Origin: Pelomyxa schiedti
Lineage: Eukaryota; Protista; Evosea
Assembly: GCA_020536535.1 (NCBI GenBank)
Contig: JAHLWZ010000951.1
Coordinates: forward strand, 1 to 39,113
Length of the DNA stretch: 39,113 nt
Reading direction: 5' to 3'
Shown here: positions 35,890 through 39,113 of the stretch, one piece after another
Layout of the letters: each line of letters starts with the position of its first letter
Numbering within the stretch: the first letter of the stretch is position 1
Made by a program: the position numbers and the translations under genes
The notes under the pieces: generated by a model
Told to the model about the DNA's origin: nothing
Seen by the model: only the letters and a program-made list of their open reading frames with translations
Database searches by the model: none

Positions 35890-36740
35890 TCTTTGCTGCA
35901 CCCCTGATTGAAGAGAGCTCTGCGAAAGTCCAACTCCTTGTTGTTGGGTTAATTAGTTGTGGTAGGGATTGGTACAAGAACTTCTTACCTTTTTGGATGA
36001 GGATACGGGGCCTGACTCGTGTGGTGTTTCCAATTCGTGGAGAACTCGTGTGTCTGTGCGAGGTTGTTTGTTGGCAAGTACGTAATGGTTTTGGTTTTTG
36101 GTTTACCTGGGAACCTCAGGCAAAAAGACTCAATAATAGCACCGTAGCATAGCGACCTTGCGTTGATGAGGATTGATGGATAATGCGGGTTCTACTGATA
36201 TTGCCGGCATGGATTTGATGGGATGGTGCTGCTTGGTGATGGATTGTTGGGAGTTGGAGTCGGTTGCACAAGAAACATGTTGACTTGCTGCGCGCCTGAT
36301 TCAAGAAAAGAATTGGCTATCTTTTTTTTCATGCACGTTCGAATCAATCCTTCACTTTTGGATCAGAGACGATTGTCTACTTGTATGATACCAAGAAGGA
36401 AGGGGAATGCATTACTCGGTGTTCAGGCAAAAATTACCACAAGTCCTCCAAGAGAATGAGTATTAATACCACTTAAGGAACAGACAATCCATATGCATAC
36501 CTTTGAACTGATGCCGCAAAGAACCGTTCTCGAGATAAATCAACTCATTCCTGGTCTGGGTTTTTCTGCGGGGGCTCATTCTCTTTGGTGAGAGTGTCGC
36601 TTCCACAACGTCTCCCAACTCACTGAAACTTCTCAGTGGATGAATGTGGCTTGGAGGAGGGTCTGAGAGGGTAACCACCAAACGTAGAGTGGATGTGACT
36701 GCAGAATAACCAAGTCGCGAATGGCAGTAACACCAAGACA
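35890..36740 (-). CDS. Probable spliced hypothetical protein; structure and ends unresolved
   Basis: Canonical minus-strand donors (GTATGC at 36500, GTAAG at 35988) and a 52-nt GT-AG intron (35937-35988) of typical size flank short open frames. No recognisable family. Confidence 0.3.
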
Positions 36741-38073
36741 AGCGGTAGTGGTGTTCGTTGTACTACTTTCATCAAACAGTTGTCTCGTTCCTGAGGTTAC
36801 ACCTTGTGTGGAAAATCATGTGACTGAGCCCCTATTGGCGGTGATGTGAGAGAAAAAGAGGGAGAGCGTGGTAGTGGAATCTGAAATCCTCACCGCATTT
36901 ATTTTTAGACTAGAATATTCTGACAGTCTTGGCTTCGAAGCCTCGGTTTCACGAGTTTTTTTTGCAGTACTTTTCCCTTCATTTCTCCAACCGCACACCC
37001 AACCACAAACCAGCGTAGCGTACCAAACCCGCGATGCATCGCCACCACAGGACGCAGATCCCTTCTTCCTTGATTTGTTAGTTTGCTTGTTGGACAATTC
37101 AAATTGTGGCATGAATGACATATTGACATTCCGATTTGCCTGCGTGTACCGCTACGCACGGTGTCCAAACACGGCCATTTGGAGACAACAAACGCCGATG
37201 TTCACGTAACCATCAAACTTCTCCCATTGGCGCCGCCAGTTGGGTTTCCTTCTGCAGTGGCATCACTGCATACGAGGGCACAGTTGGCACCCTTCACGTA
37301 CCTCGTACATAGACTTAGACGTAGACTTAGAGATCTTCCCCGTCGCTATCTTATTTCCTAATCCTGTTCCTATTTTCTTATACAATTGCTATTTTCTGGC
37401 CGGGGAAAAGACTCAATACAAACAAAACAAACAAAACAAAAAAAACCAAAACAAAAAACACAAAAACCCGACACCAGAAACACGACACGAACCAACATTT
37501 CACGCTTGTTTGTGGTACCATTTGTCGCAATGGTATCTAATACAACCAAAGTCCCGTTTTTCTTTTCCCCATGTTTTGTTACTCTGTTTTTTTTTGTTCC
37601 GTATAACAATGTTGGGGTTAACTTTGCGTAACGTATTCCTAGTACATCGGATCTTGAGTGTTTTTTCTGTGGGGAGAATCTCCAATGCGCAAACTGTGTC
37701 ACGGTTGTTGGCGCACACAACAACCTGACGAGATGGCGAGGCGCGGCTCGTGCACAGAGCCGCACCTCAAGCAAAGCAAGCTCTCCCTGGAGAGCTGTGA
37801 CCCAGGTTTTATATCTGAAAGTTTTCTATCTGGTATTCTAATATCAACTTTCCGACAAAAGAGAGCTGCTGGATATCAGGATTTGCATTTGGATTACAGT
37901 AAGCACACAAGGAGAGGCACCCAATTTTCCCTGCATCACCTGTACGAAGCAACTCATAGGTGTAATCACACTGGGCTCTATGGGCTGAAAGTCACAGATC
38001 AATCAAGGTTGTTGTACACCTGATGGGCCCCCGTGTTTGTTGCACTTCATTGTTTGAGAGTGTTTGTTTTCTG

Positions 38074-38307
38074 GGTGTTTTTACTGTAGAAATTAAATTT
38101 AACTTAACTTAACTTACTTGCACACAGAGAAATCGGAGAGAAGGAGAAGTCACATGAGAAATACAAAGGCTGTGAGAACACTGTGAGGCTGTGAGGTTTG
38201 GAAACTGAGGGAAAAGCAACCTTTGTATTTCTCATGTGACTTCTCCTCTCCAATTTCTCTGTGTGCAAGTAAGTAAAGTTAAATTTAATTTATACAGTAA
38301 AAACACC
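38074..38307. repeat. Long imperfect inverted repeat (arms 38074-38169 and 38220-38307, 50-bp loop)
   Basis: Left arm GGTGTTTTTACTGTAGAAATTAAATTTAACTT...GAGAAGTCACATGAGAAATACAAAGG is the reverse complement of right arm CCTTTGTATTTCTCATGTGACTTCTC...AAGTTAAATTTAATTTATACAGTAAAAACACC, with a few substitutions and small indels. Confidence 0.9.
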
Positions 38308-38391
38308 AGGTAACTGCAGCAAGCATCAATCCACTCCACTTCAAAGAAGGAGGTTGACAGGTTATCCTCAATATCGCATATCTGGAGCCCA

Positions 38392-38532
38392 GGGGTGGTC
38401 ATTTTACATAGAGGAAAAACCACAGGAAAATTGTAAAATGACCGCCCCATCGTTTTGAGGGCGGTCGTTTGTCAATAAGGAAAAAATTGTAAAATGACCG
38501 CCCCGGGGTGGTCATTTTACAATTTTTTCCTT
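38392..38532. repeat. Cluster of five copies of GGGGYGGTCATTTTACA in alternating orientation, including a 56-bp near-perfect palindrome (38477-38532)
   Basis: Copies at 38392 (+), 38432-38448 (-), about 38459 (+, degenerate), 38488-38504 (-) and 38505 (+). Palindrome AAGGAAAAAATTGTAAAATGACCGCCCC|GGGGTGGTCATTTTACAATTTTTTCCTT has one mismatch. Confidence 0.9.
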
Positions 38533-38911
38533 TTAATCTCTTAATTATTTTCTTCCTTCTGGGTACCACACCATGCCAGAACGTGGCTGTTGGTTGCCTC
38601 AATCCTTACCGAGCTCATGGTACTCATGGAACTTTAAAAAAATTTTTTTTTTTGCCTGATGTACAAAATGGGCATCAGGCCAGGGCACAGAGGTGAGGGT
38701 AGAGGAGCACAGCGGTGGCACAGAGCACAGATGTGAGATAGAGTGGGGTGTGCAAGGGCAAGAGGGTGGTGGGTGTGGAGGTGAGGTGTATGTCAGTCCT
38801 TCTGGCATCTGGAAAATTGTTGAGTGTGGTGAAGGTAAAAGGGGAGAGGGGATGTAAATTGGTGACAGGCTCTCAGCTACGAAGCTGGCAAGGCACCATC
38901 ATTGTTATAAC

Positions 38912-38944
<33 letters not shown>
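38912..38944. repeat. (AAT)11 microsatellite
   Basis: Direct reading of the sequence. Confidence 0.95.
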
Positions 38945-38945
<1 letters not shown>

Positions 38946-39113
38946 GAGGTGAGAGACTGAAAAAGAAAAAAAGGAGACACATACCAGTGTTGCTTGTGCC
39001 GGAAATGCCGAAAACGCTCGCACTGTGCAACACTGGGAGGGCTGTTCAAGGTTGAATGGTCAGGAAGAAAAAAAACCTGATATTGGAGGTGAGGCAAGAT
39101 TGAGGGTGTAAAT

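Noticed and set aside
37120-37330. Small-GTPase-like fragments on - ('RYVKGANCALVCSDAT', 'WLREHRRLLSPN')
   Set aside because: The fragments are in different frames, with no P-loop, DxxG or NKxD motif; the resemblance is too weak to call.
1-39113. Prokaryotic or viral origin; rRNA/tRNA genes; transposase or reverse transcriptase ORFs
   Set aside because: Spliceosomal introns and core eukaryotic genes occur throughout. I recognised no structural RNA gene or mobile-element protein by eye; tRNAscan-SE and Infernal were not run.

Overview
Eukaryotic, gene-dense genomic DNA with many short (about 40-110 nt) GT-AG introns and roughly 40-45% GC; the style suggests a protist, possibly an amoebozoan or archamoeba (inference only). 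Gene order: a 15-bp Thr/Ser-type repeat; a Sel1-repeat gene (+); a large NLR-like gene (+) with architecture [low-complexity N-terminus]-[cytosolic PLA2/lysophospholipase catalytic domain]-[NACHT NTPase]-[degenerate ankyrin repeats]-[Cys-containing LRRs], whose LRR segment sits in an abrupt GC-rich patch (one sampled 60-nt line is about 80% GC); Sua5 (-); VPS13 (-, 12.4 kb); SEC24 (+); HRD1 (-); a SAPS/PP6-regulatory-subunit gene (+) with a very long disordered tail carrying a Zn-ribbon and an aftiphilin-like C-terminal motif; an unresolved spliced region; and a terminal non-coding stretch with a long hairpin and a cluster of short terminal-inverted-repeat-like motifs. The best candidate for a new system is the phospholipase-NACHT-ANK-LRR receptor, whose effector/NTPase half is separated from its sensor half by one in-frame stop inside a predicted 39-nt intron. 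All exon boundaries and family assignments are manual predictions from motif recognition; no database searches were run.
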